From Octopus vulgaris (Eukaryota), in contig OX597817.1 in assembly GCA_951406725.2 (NCBI GenBank), positions 116,498,001 to 116,562,000 on the forward strand: a DNA stretch of 64,000 bases, read 5' to 3'. Position 1 is the stretch's first letter, and the number at the start of each line of letters is the position of its first letter. The notes beneath the pieces were generated by a model, which saw nothing but the letters and a program-made list of their open reading frames with translations, did not search any database and was not told where the DNA came from. Both the position numbers and the translations under genes were made by a program. Below are positions 1-13,249 of the stretch, piece after piece.

Positions 1-391
1 TCACACATCATAGATCACCTCTTGCTAGTATTTTCTTTTTGCAGCATACTTTCTAGGGCCAGATGCCATTCCTAATTACAATATTATATACAATAATATA
101 TACGACATATATGAAGTCCAGTTCGTCGTAATATCAAGGTGAATATATATTGTTTTTTTCAAGACACAAAAGTGACTTTAAATGATGATGTTTCTTATCT
201 TTCGCCAGCTACATTACAAAGTGTATTTTATCCATATCTTTTGTTCTCTCGATACCATTGGCCTGACAATAAATCGAGTAGCAGTAGCTGTTGACGATAC
301 CCTCGTCGGCTGTTAATGTAAGAAATCAGTATTTGAACTGAGTTAAGGTTTAAGTGATACTTCAAAAGTTTTATTATTTGCAATTTAAAGA

Positions 392-822
392 AGTAGGAGT
401 GGCTGTGTGGTAAGTAGCTTCCTTAAGAACTACATGGTTCCGGGTTCAGTCCCACTGCGTGGCACATTAGGCAAGTGTCTTCTACTATTGCTTCGGGCCG
501 ACCAAGGCCTTGTGAGTGGATTTGGTAGACGAAAACTGAAAGAAGCTCGTCGTACATATGTATATACATATATATATGTATGTGTGTATGTGTTTGTGTG
601 TCTGTGTTTGTTCCCCCAACATCGCTTGACAACCGATGCTGGTGTGATTACGTCCCCGTAACTTAGCGGTTCAGCATAAGAGACCGATAGAATAAGTGCT
701 AGGCTTACAAATAATAAGTCCTGGGGTCGATTTGCTCGATTAAAAGCGGTGCTCCACTAAAAGCAGTGCTCCAGCATGGCCACAGTTAAATGCCTGAAAC
801 AAGTAAAAGAGTAAAAGAGTAG
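392..822 (+). mobile_element. tRNA-derived SINE, family A (CORE-like, internal TA/TG microsatellite)
   Basis: Pol III-like head (GGCTGTGTGGTAAG...GGTTCAGTCCC), CORE-like 'taggcaagtgtcttctact', tail 'aagtaaaagagtaaaaga'. About 10 related copies in this window. Confidence 0.85.
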
Positions 823-1163
823 AAGAATAAGTAAATCCATGCGGAAAATACGCATGTAAAAATATCCAAGGTGATATGAATATTTATATGCGTATCAATA
901 TGATACGTCTAACAACTGTTTTGTTCTTTAGCGTTTAGATTCTTTTTAGAAAGAACATATTTGTATTCTAACTGGTATGCAACTGATTGTGTATTATTAT
1001 ATTCGCATCAATCATAAATATGTTAATACGCGATATTCTTTTAATTCAAAAGTCTGGTTATAGTGATTATTTAGCATTTTTACACACGTCAACACAAATC
1101 CATATGCGGCCTGTTTTTTTAATTTTTCCTATTTCATGATTCATTGGTTATTTTAACCCATAG

Positions 1164-1235
1164 ACGTGAACCAAATGCTTACAACTGATCGCGCTGTACA
1201 CCATGTAATCGAGGCAAAGAATTCGCTGATGACAG
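1164..1235 (+). CDS. candidate 72-nt internal exon of an unknown gene
   Basis: ttttaacccatag|...GACAG|gtaag; symmetric phase 1-1, open reading VNQMLTTDRAVHHVIEAKNSLMT. No recognised homology. Confidence 0.25.
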
Positions 1236-1875
1236 GTAAGGTCTACTGAAGTAGAACAAATACACCGTATACAACGTGCTATCTCACAGTAGCCGTCTTC
1301 TTTGCTGGTTTCACGTTTACGTTCCCCCGGCGCTGTGGTAAATAACATGACACCTAACGATGGTAATGAGCAGAAAGATTGAATCAGAAATCATATAATG
1401 ACGAAGCAAAGTCAGTAAACCACACACACACAGTAGTACTACTTTTAGTCGATGATGTCGTTTCTTCCTTTTTCACATTACTTGTAGTTAATAAAGTTAT
1501 GTCTGAATTTTACATCAGTTTATCTTATAAAAATAATAAAAGTGGAAATAGAATTCCGAAGAAAATATAAATAATAGATGATTAATTTTGCATATAACTG
1601 ACGAGAAACTTTAAATCACTGAGGAACAGAATAAATGAAAATCGAAATGATTTACACCACTTATTGTTCTTCCTTCTAAAACGTCGACAACAAAATAGTG
1701 ACATTAGCTCTACATTTCCTGTCTTCAACACAATCGCTGCATTCATAATAACGGGCAAAATCATTCTCCAAATACACTCAGTGTATTTGCTGAATGCATT
1801 TCATTCGTTTGCATGATGCTACCGGATGTTCAGTGAATACATGTAATTATACATGCACAAAACCTGATGCAGGCA

Positions 1876-1921
1876 TACATATATATATGTGTGTGTGAAT
1901 GTATGTGCATGTGTGCGTGTG

Positions 1922-1965
<44 letters not shown>

Positions 1966-1984
1966 CATATATATCTTTACTTGT

Positions 1985-2025
<41 letters not shown>

Positions 2026-2080
2026 TAGAGAGAGAGAGAGAGAGAGACAGAGAGATACATAAATATATACAAATGTGTAT
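1876..2080. repeat. compound (TA)n/(TG)n/(GA)n microsatellite
   Basis: Seen directly; representative of dozens of similar tracts in the window. Confidence 0.95.
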
Positions 2081-3777
2081 GCATTCATTAATTTTCATTC
2101 AGGTTAATACATTTATAAATGCATAATTATTCTAAAATAAACTATCTCTTTCACTAATATACGCAAATGTACCTACGTATGTATCATGCACATGTATCTT
2201 TACGTACGTAATTGAAAAATAAATTTGCCAGGAAATGCGCTATGCTCCTTGAACCTAGCCAAGCAAAAGTGTGCAGTTTAATTGTTACGTATTACTTGAT
2301 TTACCGAAAACTATTTTGCCGTTAAAAATCCTGTGTTCAATTTTCACAAAATAGGAAGGTTAGTGTAAAAATCCTGTTTTCAATTTTCATTCTAAACTTC
2401 TTATTTTGGCCCTACGCTACCCAAAGAAAGTTGATAACGTACCCACTCACTACTCCCGTGCAGAACACCCACAGCACATATCCTAACATCATATATGAAG
2501 AAAAAATGCATCAGATAATATAGCCTCTAATATACAAGTACACCCCTTTGCGACGCCTGGTAAGATTTTAACCATATATCTGCTAGTTCAGTTCTTAAGT
2601 GTGTGAACCAAAAACAGCAATGGCCTTAACCCTCTCTCTCTCTCTCTGGGCAAGTGTAAAGAAGTAAAGTATTATGTACATTAGAGAAGTCTCTAGCTAC
2701 AATTAATGATCGATTTTAATAAATTTCTCTTCCTCTCTATATTCTACGCTATTTTGTAGTCGACATGATAAACATACTGATTGTGCTTATGAGTTTGGTA
2801 AGTGGATAATTAGTTTTCACCTAACATCTGAGACGTTGTTTGTCAGAAGGAACTGAGTACAAGAGCTAAATTTTACACAAACTGCTTCAAAAAAGACATG
2901 TGTTTTTCTTCGTAGTGTTATTATTCAATATCACTTTCTTTCTGATCTTAATAATTCCAATAATGTATATATGATGCGCATAGGTTGTACATTTGTTTAT
3001 CTTGTCTGTGTACGTTTTAGTTAAACGAAATGAAAGTTCCCTATTATATAAATATTGTAAGATGTAAGTTTATCTGCTGAACAGCCGAACATTATCACTA
3101 GAACTAAATTTCCTCCCAGCTGCTTTACTTTCAGATATTTGTCTTTTAATAACCATTTAGTTTTATCGTTAAACAAAATCTTTCGTTCAAAGAATCAGTC
3201 GGAAATTCTGAACACATTACAAGAAATGTAGACGGTGTCCAACACTCTGATATTCAGAGATCAATCGTCTCGAGCAGACAAAGTTCAAATTACTAAAACT
3301 AAATATTAAGTGATTGAGTATAACATGATATCGGATAAAGGCTAATTGACGTATATGTTAACAAACATAATGAGAATAAATGTCCTCGATATTCATAGCA
3401 AGCACCGTGTGGTTATTTAGTAAAATTTTATATAATTCATTCGATTATAGATTTCAACTCCTTCGTTAAATAACAAGTCAACGAATGTAAAGATACTGAA
3501 ATGGTTTAGACAAACACTTAAACGCTATTTGAATTTAATATGGTTCTGCACACAGAATAAACTTGTACACCATCAAATACTTGCATTTAATGTTTATATC
3601 GTCATTAACGTAACACCTAATATAAAAGTAATACTTTGATTAGGAATGTTTATACTTTTATCGAAAGTGAGTGAGAGTTAAATTACTTGGCATAGATTTA
3701 ATCGAGTAACAACAAAAGCAACAACAACAACAACAACAGAAACAACGACAGCAGCAGCAACAACGACAACAACAGTC

Positions 3778-3990
3778 CTTTCTATTATAGGCACAAGGCC
3801 TGAAATTTTGAGAGGGGGAACAAGTCGATGTAAGCGACGCCAGTATTTCACTGGTACTTGAGTTATCGACCCCGAAATGATGAAAGGCAAAATCGACCTC
3901 GATGCAATTTGAAATCAGAACGTAAGGACACACAAAATGTCGCTAAGCATTTTACCCGGCGTGATAACGATTCTGCCAGCTATCCGCCAT
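3778..3990 (-). mobile_element. tRNA-derived SINE, family B
   Basis: Reverse complement of the ggcggcgagctggcagaatcgtt...gttcaaattc...cctttcatcctttcggggtcgat pattern seen at 12719. Confidence 0.8.
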
Positions 3991-4074
3991 AAATAACAGC
4001 AACAACAACAACAGCAGTAACAACAACAATAATGATTATGATGATGATGATGATGATGATGATAATAATATTTG

Positions 4075-4850
4075 GCTTCAAAGCTGAATGCCAAAAAATA
4101 ATTTCGGCAATAAACTCACGCATAGGACCAAGCTCTGGCCACGAACTGCAGTGAGAACCTGAGGAATGAGCAAGTGTCTCTGTTGCGCCGCGTCTGCAAT
4201 AGGGTGAATGAAACCATTGCCCATATCACTAACGAATGCCATAGACATGCCGAAAACCACTACATGTTTTGGCGACACAACCAGGTAGCAAAAGTGCTAC
4301 CTTGGGAACTATGGGAATATTGGAAGCTAGAGAGAGGCAACACATGATATGAGTACAAACCGCAGAGAGTTGCAGTGTCGTAGACTGGCAACTTCCTCTG
4401 GGATTTCACAATCAAAACAAATCAGTTGCTAGAGCATAACAAACCGGAGATAGTGGTGGTGGACAAGGTGCACCACATATACTGTATAGCTGCCCCTTTG
4501 TATGTCCCTTTGATCCATGAATAGTCAAGAAGGAAGGCGAAAAGATAGTTAGAAACAACCCTCTTAAGTAGAAAATAGTCCGGCTATGGAAAATGAAGAA
4601 GTTACAGATACTGCCAATTACAGCTGGGTCTTTGGGAACTGTATCAGAAGATATAAAGAGAAATATAAAGGAAATTGGAATAGAGTTCCCAGTAGATCTA
4701 TTAAAAAATGTTCGCCTTATTGGCACAGCCAGAATAATCAGGAAAGTATTGGATAGCTGAAAAGAACGAACAGTATGGTACCATCGGTTGCAGGTAGTAA
4801 GCCCGTTACGCATGTAATACTCTTAAGGCAAAAGAAACCTGTGATAAAGA
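4075..4850 (+). pseudogene. decayed 3' part of an RLE-type (R4-clade) LINE
   Basis: Frameshifted remnants CRVCNRVNETIAHITNEC, WRHNQVAKV, LWDF, NKPEIVVVDK, AGSLG; followed by (GAT)/(TAA) tract. Confidence 0.75.
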
Positions 4851-4893
4851 TATAATGATGATGATGAGGATGATGATGATGATGATGATGATG

Positions 4894-4941
<48 letters not shown>

Positions 4942-4943
4942 GT

Positions 4944-5646
<703 letters not shown>

Positions 5647-5664
5647 TAATAATAATACTAACAC

Positions 5665-5749
<85 letters not shown>

Positions 5750-5789
5750 AATAACGACAACAACAACTACAACAGTTATTCAATGAAAT

Positions 5790-6225
5790 TATGAGAGATC
5801 TTACGAAAACACCTGATTGTTTAGCAAGAGATATTATTTACGTACTCCTGTAGAATAATGAAACCAAATTTCCTGAAAACTACCGGCCCATAACATATCT
5901 GTCTACCACCTATAAAATTTTAACATCCTTCGTCATTGAGAAAACATAAACAATTATGGAACAGAACGGTATTTTCCCCACTGAACTAAAAATGGTGCCG
6001 ACAAGACCCATATGGATGCTAAGACCAACTCTTAATCACATGATCCTTGAGAACTGTCATAACAAATGCAGAAATCTTAGTTCTGCATGGATTGATTATA
6101 AAAAGGCCTTCAACAGCATACCGCATTCAAAGATCTTGAAGTCGCTGGATATCTTCAAAACTTCTCTTGTGATTTCAAACTTCCTGAAGCACAACATGTC
6201 AATGTGGAATACGAATCTCCAATAG
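5790..6225 (+). pseudogene. Dong-like RT fragment (N-terminal RT motifs)
   Basis: PENYRPIT, MILENCHNKCRNLSSAWIDYKKAFNSIPHS, homologous to the large element. Confidence 0.8.
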
Positions 6226-6835
6226 GCTGTCACCCTTTAAAATCCCTCTTCTGAAACGCAAGGTGCCCCAAATTTTTCTATTAGATGTCATTTCAGTTTT
6301 CCATCCCACCATTCCTCGCAATTCCAAAGAGTTCTTTACACACGATGATCCACGAATGTGTAATCATATCATAAGCTGTGCGATAGTCCATCCTGGCCAT
6401 TCCCAGATTTGTTCTCTTTCGCTTACAATCTTGCACTACAATTTTGTCTCTCAATAATTGATCTTTGGTACCTCTGCATCTCCTTCTACAGCCGTTTTGT
6501 TCTCATCAAGAAATTTATTCAGTTCTTCTGAAATTCCTCCTCACAGTAATTTCTACATTAAAGAGAGGGAGGAAATTAGCCTCTAATTGTCAGTAAATTT
6601 CTCCTTTGATGCATCCTTCAGGCACAATACCGTTTCCCCTTTTGTCATCCTGCTCGAGATTTTACCTTCTCCATTGATCAATGAATTAAAGTCTTTGGCG
6701 ATCAATCTATGGCAACTACTGAAATTTTAATCCAAAATCTCTGTACAACATCAGGTCCTGCTACTTTCCAGTCGCTAATCTTTTTACTCCTATTCCTGAT
6801 ACTGTCTTCTGTGAATTGGATACCCTCTTGCTGTT
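6226..6835 (-). pseudogene. decayed RLE-LINE RT fragment (different subfamily)
   Basis: [44 protein letters not shown] remnants, with frameshifts. Confidence 0.7.
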
Positions 6836-6837
6836 TG

Positions 6838-6910
<73 letters not shown>

Positions 6911-7127
6911 TATGTTTGACTTTTGCTTTATATTTGTACAAGTTGGCTCCAAGTCTCACCCAGAGACCTCAAGAGACAACAGGGTTGGAAGTTCATGCTG
7001 TTGTTATGCCTAGTGTGCCATATATTTGGGGGGTGGGGATGTTGTACTAATGAATGTCTAAAAAAAAAATTTTTTTTTTTTTTTTTTTTTTTTAAACCGA
7101 AAATTATGTTTGTTTTAAACCTTGAGA

Positions 7128-9182
7128 TTACATAGAGAGTATTTTGCGTAGGATATGAGCAGTTCCCATGAGCACTATCTTTTGAACTTCTGCCATTTTT
7201 GGGTTTCCTGGTATCTGAGTTAGGTAGCTATCAGCCCCTTTTGCTATCATTCCCAGGGCACCTATGACAACAGGTATTGTTTTAGTCTTCAGCTTCCACA
7301 TTTTGCTGATTTCTATTTCAAGATCTTTATATTTGCTCAGTTTTTGGTAGGTCTTGACAGATACGTTTATATCGATTGGGACAGTCATATCAATGAGGAG
7401 GCATGTTCTTTGTTTGAAGTTTTTCAATATGATGTCTGGCCTATTTGCATCTATCTTCCTGTCAGTTTGAATGGTGAAGTTCCAGAGGAGTGAGATGTGG
7501 TCATTTTCAAGCACTGGGGGTGGTTTGTGTTCCCACCAGTTTTTTTCATGGGGCAAATCCAGGTTTTTACAGATTACCCAGTGAATATATTGTGCAGCTC
7601 TATCGTGCCTGTTGAGATACTCTGTAGGCGCTAGAAGACTGCACTTGGAGACCACATGGTCAATGGTTTCATTTTGTTGCTTGCATACACGACACGTTGG
7701 ACTGCTTCTGATCTTTAATATGTTGGCCTGGTAGTTTCTTGTTGGTAGGCATTGATCTTGAGCTGCTATGATAAACCCCTCTGTTTCAGATTTTAAGCCA
7801 GAGGCCATTAGCCATTGATGGGTCAGGGCTTTGTCGATATCTGCATTATTCGCTCTCTTTGGGTATTTGCCATAGAGAGGTTTTTCTTGCCATTTATTAT
7901 TCAGAATATCTAAGGCCGCAGTTTTGGCACGGGTTTTCATGCGCCTAGCTTTTTCTGTGCTTGTTTCTTGTATATCTATCTCTAATTCCGAAATTGGTTG
8001 TATTCGGAGTTCACTTAGATATTCCTTTGCCTGTTTTGTGACTGAGTATGATGCTTTCTTGTTTTCATGTTTTGAGACAAGTTTTAGCATCCAGTCCTCA
8101 GAGTTTTTCAGGTAGGTGTCTAGGCCAATTGTAGCAATCTTCATTGTTATTGCCAGTTGCAAAAGACCACGGCCTCCCTCTTTTCTTGGCAGATATAGTC
8201 GTTCTGTATCTGCCTTAGGGTGGTGCATTCTATGCATTGTCAACAGTTTCCTTATTTTTCTGTCGAGCTGACATATTTCAGTAATTGACCAGTTAACAAT
8301 ATTGAAACTGTAAGTCACGACTGGTATAGCTAATGCATTGATTGCTTCGATCCTGTTTCTTGCATTCAGCTCTGTCTTGAGTATTGCTCTCACTCTTCGA
8401 TAGCATTCTCTCCTGATCCTTTCCTTCATCTCTGAATGCCTTATTCCGTTCCCTTCAATTATCCCTAGGTACTTGTAGCTCTCCGCTGGGTCTAGTTCTT
8501 TTATGACATTCTGTTGGTCAAGGTTAACGTTAGATGTTTCTGTCATTTTTCCTTTGATAAAGGTAGCCTTTGCACATTTATCGAGGCCGAATTGCATTCT
8601 GATGTCGTCACTGAATTGTTTGACTATCGCTAGTAAGCCCTTGAGTTGTTGATCATTTTTTGCAAAAAGCTTTAAATCATCCATGTAAACGAGATGATTT
8701 ATATTTTTATCAAACATTTTATACCCGTACTGCGCGTCATTGAGCAGCTTTGAGAGAGGTATTAAGGATAAACAAAAGAGGAGTGGTGACAGTGAGTCAC
8801 CCTGGAAAATGCCACACGAAATTTTTACATCACCAGCATTTAGGGATTCACTGTCACTGTTCAGAGTTAGTGTGGTTCTCCATGATCTCATACTTACAGT
8901 CAAGAAGTTTCGCAGAGTTGGTGCTATCTTATACATTTCAAGGCATTTCCTAATCCAGCTATGTGGTAGGCTATCAAAAGCCTTTTTATAGTCTATCCAG
9001 GCTATTGATAAGTTTTTGTGTCGTTTGTGACAATCTTCTAAGATCATCTTATTGATGAGTAGTTGGTCTTTACAGCCGTAGGATCCACGTTTACATCCTT
9101 TCTGTTCATTAGGGAATATGCTGCTGTCTGTTAAAAAACTATAGGTATATTCCGTCAGGACAGATGTTAGTGTTTTGTACAT
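7128..9182 (-). CDS. reverse transcriptase + CCHC zinc knuckle + restriction-like endonuclease (C-terminal part of the retrotransposon ORF)
   Basis: WIDYKKAFDS, GIFQGDSLSP, YMDDLKL, YKYLG, GGRGL, CRVC..ETIDHVVSKC, RHD, NRPDII..LIDMTVP..K..KY. Confidence 0.93.
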   Translation of the reverse strand: MYKTLTSVLTEYTYSFLTDSSIFPNEQKGCKRGSYGCKDQLLINKMILEDCHKRHKNLSIAWIDYKKAFDSLPHSWIRKCLEMYKIAPTLRNFLTVSMRSWRTTLTLNSDSESLNAGDVKISCGIFQGDSLSPLLFCLSLIPLSKLLNDAQYGYKMFDKNINHLVYMDDLKLFAKNDQQLKGLLAIVKQFSDDIRMQFGLDKCAKATFIKGKMTETSNVNLDQQNVIKELDPAESYKYLGIIEGNGIRHSEMKERIRRECYRRVRAILKTELNARNRIEAINALAIPVVTYSFNIVNWSITEICQLDRKIRKLLTMHRMHHPKADTERLYLPRKEGGRGLLQLAITMKIATIGLDTYLKNSEDWMLKLVSKHENKKASYSVTKQAKEYLSELRIQPISELEIDIQETSTEKARRMKTRAKTAALDILNNKWQEKPLYGKYPKRANNADIDKALTHQWLMASGLKSETEGFIIAAQDQCLPTRNYQANILKIRSSPTCRVCKQQNETIDHVVSKCSLLAPTEYLNRHDRAAQYIHWVICKNLDLPHEKNWWEHKPPPVLENDHISLLWNFTIQTDRKIDANRPDIILKNFKQRTCLLIDMTVPIDINVSVKTYQKLSKYKDLEIEISKMWKLKTKTIPVVIGALGMIAKGADSYLTQIPGNPKMAEVQKIVLMGTAHILRKILSM

Positions 9183-9203
9183 AGTTGTTAAGCAGGTTAT
9201 GGG

Positions 9204-10853
9204 TCAATAGTTTTTTGGTTCATTTGTTTCTTCACTTTTTGGAAGCAGGAATGTTAACCCATTAACTAGCCAAGGAGGCATCCTACTAGGGTGTTGCAAA
9301 ACATCATTGTACAGTTCTGTTAGCAGTTCATGGCTCTCTGGGAAGGCATTCAGCCAGAAGTTAGGAATTTTATCCTTTCCTGGAGACTTCCATTTGCTTG
9401 ACCTCCTGAGAGCAGATCTTATATCTTCTACCTTGACACCCTCCCACTTTTGCTCTTCTAAGGGGTCCAGTTCTGTAGATATTCTGTCAATCCAGGGGGC
9501 CTTTTCGTTGTGTGTTTTTTCTTCTGCCCAGATTTTATTCCAAAATCTCTGCACTTCTTCTTTTGATGGTACAGACCCTGCAGTAAACGCTGTTTTTCCT
9601 ATCTTCCTGTAAAAATTCTTGGTGTTATTTTTGAACATGTTGTTGTCCTTGAAAAATCTAACACGCTTTTCATACCTCGCTATGCGGGCAGCTTTGGCAG
9701 ATACCTTTTGTTTGATGGTTTCTATGGTGGCATCAATATCAAGTATAGTTTTCATATTGTATTTTTTCAGTAATTTTTGGGTTTTTGTAGGTTTGGTAAT
9801 CTTGTGAGCCTTAAGGTTTTTCAAATATTCAATGTCAGATCTAAATATTTTAATTTGTTGTTGCAGACGCTCTTGCCAAGAAGGCTTTTTGTGGGACTGT
9901 TGCCGTTTTCTAATCTTTACACCACATAGGATCGTTGAGATTTTCGCGGATGCATAGTATAGGTGGTTGAGGTTTGTGATATCAACATCATTAACTGAAA
10001 TTATATCCTTAAGTGCAAGCCGGATTTTACCAATTATTTTCATGTTTTGGTTAGAGTTGCGGATTTTAGGAAGTGTATCACGCTCATCCATGCTGGTTTC
10101 TTTAATTTTCAGCCATTCAATCATGATTTGATTTTTTAGCTCATGTAGTTCTGTTGGGTCAATATTTGTGTGACTTTCTTTATCTATTTGATGCTCATCT
10201 GTCTTAGTGTTTATGATTGGTTCAGGGCGTATTTCACTTTGCCTATCACTTATACTAACTCTTTCAATCCTCTCTTCGTTTTTATCCGCCCTGGGCTGGT
10301 CTATAATCATTTCCTCTGTATTATCTTCTCTAGCTGCAGCTTCGTTCATTTTATCCGATATTGCTTGTCTAACCTGATCAATCTCTACTTCAGTCAGTAA
10401 TTTCTTTTTTATAATGTTTCTTCTAACATTGGCAAGCTTGTTACTGTCTATGTAGGGTCTTACTTCAGGGTGTTTCTGTCTCCAGTTTAAGTATGCTTGT
10501 ACAGTGCTAGACTTATCTGTGGGGAAATATATGGCATGGTAGAAGACCTCAAGAACTTCTTTATTATCTTCCCTAGACCATTTTTCTTTCTTTTTCTTTT
10601 GATTATTTGGTGATGAGCATGGATGGCCATCTGTTGGAATATTCCGGTTGTGGGGTTCGTCCAGCTCCTGTGTGTTGGGAAGATTTGATCCAGTAACTGA
10701 TTTTTCAATCAGGATTTGGTTCAATTTTCGGGTACGTGGTCTTTTGTAATCCGCGCAATGACCAATGCGGTTTATTGTTTGATTTGTTGACCTTGAAGCA
10801 TGACGAGCATCCATTCTTATATTAGGAGATGGATCTGTCAGTTTAGGGTTCAC
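9204..10853 (-). CDS. N-terminal part of the same retrotransposon ORF (ends at a premature TGA in NY*PITCL)
   Basis: In frame with 7128-9182. KWSREDN (Myb-like), PSWQERL and WKSPGKDKIPNFWL motifs are typical of R4/Dong ORFs. Confidence 0.85.
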   Translation of the reverse strand: MNPKLTDPSPNIRMDARHASRSTNQTINRIGHCADYKRPRTRKLNQILIEKSVTGSNLPNTQELDEPHNRNIPTDGHPCSSPNNQKKKKEKWSREDNKEVLEVFYHAIYFPTDKSSTVQAYLNWRQKHPEVRPYIDSNKLANVRRNIIKKKLLTEVEIDQVRQAISDKMNEAAAREDNTEEMIIDQPRADKNEERIERVSISDRQSEIRPEPIINTKTDEHQIDKESHTNIDPTELHELKNQIMIEWLKIKETSMDERDTLPKIRNSNQNMKIIGKIRLALKDIISVNDVDITNLNHLYYASAKISTILCGVKIRKRQQSHKKPSWQERLQQQIKIFRSDIEYLKNLKAHKITKPTKTQKLLKKYNMKTILDIDATIETIKQKVSAKAARIARYEKRVRFFKDNNMFKNNTKNFYRKIGKTAFTAGSVPSKEEVQRFWNKIWAEEKTHNEKAPWIDRISTELDPLEEQKWEGVKVEDIRSALRRSSKWKSPGKDKIPNFWLNAFPESHELLTELYNDVLQHPSRMPPWLVNGLTFLLPKSEETNEPKNY

Positions 10854-12464
10854 TACATGTAAGCATTGCTCATAGCGCCGCTTCTTAAGACTAGCAGATC
10901 TATATTCGTCTGTATTTTTTTTTTGTTGATAGTTTTATCTCCGGACATTTTTTTTTTTTTTTTTTTTCCCCTTTCCTCCTCTTCCCTTCTTCAAGGCTTA
11001 CTGTGTCTGTATTAGTTCGAAATAATGAGAATAAAATACGGAGAAGGAAACGAAAAGAAAGGGAAAAAGACGGGATCTGTCAGTTATTATTGTTATTACT
11101 ATCATCTTCACCACCATCACCATCATCAGCAACATCACCATCACCATCATCATCTTCAATGACATTGTTTTATGTGTAGCCACAGCCACCATCAACACTC
11201 CATTGTGTTGGAGAATGGGTGGTTAAAGAATTCATGTTCTTTGGGTCTATAAATAGCCACGGTAGATGGTGGAGACAAAGGACGTTAATGGTCAGTAAAA
11301 GGTCAAACCTGTTTACGTTTATTTATTTATTTATTTATTTTTTTCCTTTCTCTTTTCTTCTTCACCACATGCATATGTATATGTATATATATGTATATTC
11401 ACTCACACATATTATCTGATGTTTTCGTCGAAGATTTTTTTTTCTTTTTTTTAAATAACTTTCTGAGTTCAATGTTATGTATATATTTTTAAATTTCTGA
11501 ATTCAGTTGTATGTATATAGTAGTAGGTGCTTAATTCCATAACTTTTTATCGTGCATTTAATTGTGTTGTTACAATAAAAGGTAATTTAAAAGGCAATTT
11601 TACACATTCTTATAGTCATGAGAGACGACTAAATGTAAATGTTCACGCAGAATTGGAGATATTTATGTTTCTAATTTTTCTTGTTAGGTGTACGTTTGTA
11701 TGAGCTGTAGATATGTAAGTTTTTTTTTTTACTTATTTTGAGGGTAATTCAAATTACTTACAGTAAACAGTAGATCTTCCAGTTTTCTACAGTTGACCTG
11801 CTGGGTTCGCTGTTGCCAGTTCAGAGCATCGTAAAAATACGTCCATCCTCTGTCACGTCCAGCCGCCTTCTCTTCTCTTCTTCTTCTTCTTCTTCTTATT
11901 ATTATTCTTATTATTATAATTATTATTATTACTGTTGTTGTGGTGTGTTGCAGTGTCAGAAACTTTGGTGCGTTGGGTACAATAATTTTTCTGGCATTTT
12001 AGATTCTGTGTTTAATGCGTACGGGAGTTAACTTATCCGGTTACCGTTGTGATCTGACTCACTAGAATGCAATTTATCAATTTTACTGGGTATGAACCGT
12101 TTAGAGGAGAACAGTTGTGCCGATACTGCGAAGTATTATTACTGTATTTTAACTCAAACGGTATATTAAAGATATCTTGGCGTAATATTGGATGTTATAA
12201 CGATTTATATGATGAAGTAGAGAGATTTCCATTCATTTTTGTAAACAACGATTATCGGAATATTGGTTGGACCATTCTACTTTTGGGAAAAGTTGAGGAA
12301 AGTTCAGTATTTGAGATATTTATATTATTTAAAAGCATATTGATGATCATTCGCACAATGATATGGCATCTTCTAGAAAAGGTGAGAGAAATATTAATAT
12401 GAAAGAGAGTAACAGGAGTTACTCAGAATATAATGTTTGATATCTCTAAACAGCATTTAAAAAT

Positions 12465-12496
<32 letters not shown>

Positions 12497-12519
12497 TAAT
12501 AATAATAATAATAATAATA

Positions 12520-12581
<62 letters not shown>

Positions 12582-12715
12582 CATCAGTATTATTATAATC
12601 GTGTATTATACAATGTACGATTATATTTACTATGATAGTAAGTATAGTGAGGAATAATGTAATATCTATTTGAGGTAGAAATGTGGAATCAGTACCGCAT
12701 GGTATATGGTAAAAG

Positions 12716-12943
12716 ATAAAGGCGGCGAGCTGGCAGAATCATTAGCACGCCGGGCGAAATGCGTAGCCGTATTTCGTCTGCTGTTCAGATTCCGCCGAGG
12801 TTGACTTTGCCTTTCATCCTTTCGGGATCATAAATTAAGTACCAGTTACGCACTGGGGTCGATGTGATCGACTTAGTCCGTTTGTCTGTCCTTGTTTGTC
12901 CTCTCTGTGTTTCTTTACTACCCTTGTGGGTAGTAAAGAAATA
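12716..12943 (+). mobile_element. SINE family B with 15-bp target-site duplication
   Basis: TSD ggtatatggtaaaag at 12701-12715 and 12944-12958; tRNA-like head ggcggcgagctggcagaatc. Confidence 0.9.
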
Positions 12944-13249
12944 GGTATATGGTAAAAGGTTTCGAACAACCTTCTGTCTCTGCTAAAGTTTGAAAATAGA
13001 TGTTATTGCTTGAGAACTGAATCAGCAACTGAGACTAGCCAATTAATGTTACAATTACCGTGATCTACAAATATGAGTTCTCGAGGTTTCATATTCAAGA
13101 AGATGACTGAAGTTTTGTATGCTATCTGTGGCTTTATTTAATATTTTCACTTGCTCAAATAAAAATTACTTTCACTCAAGTGAAAAGACAGTCAAGAAGT
13201 TTAGAAACGTCATAAAGCAATTATTTTTATCCATGATTTAGTGATATTG

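Larger units (their letters stand above)
6838..10950 (-). mobile_element. near full-length R4/Dong-clade non-LTR retrotransposon with (TAA)n tail
   Basis: One ~1240-codon frame, a 3'UTR at 6910-7127 and a (TAA)n tract at 6838-6909. Dong elements are known to target TAA microsatellites. Confidence 0.92.

Noticed and set aside
392-470. tRNA gene-like heads in the SINE copies
   Set aside because: No full cloverleaf; each continues into a repeated SINE body.
11960-12420. 111-aa ORF (+) and weak Penelope RT-thumb-like words on - (IFR*SLFT, NGSYPVKLIN)
   Set aside because: Too degenerate to call by eye; needs an HMM search.
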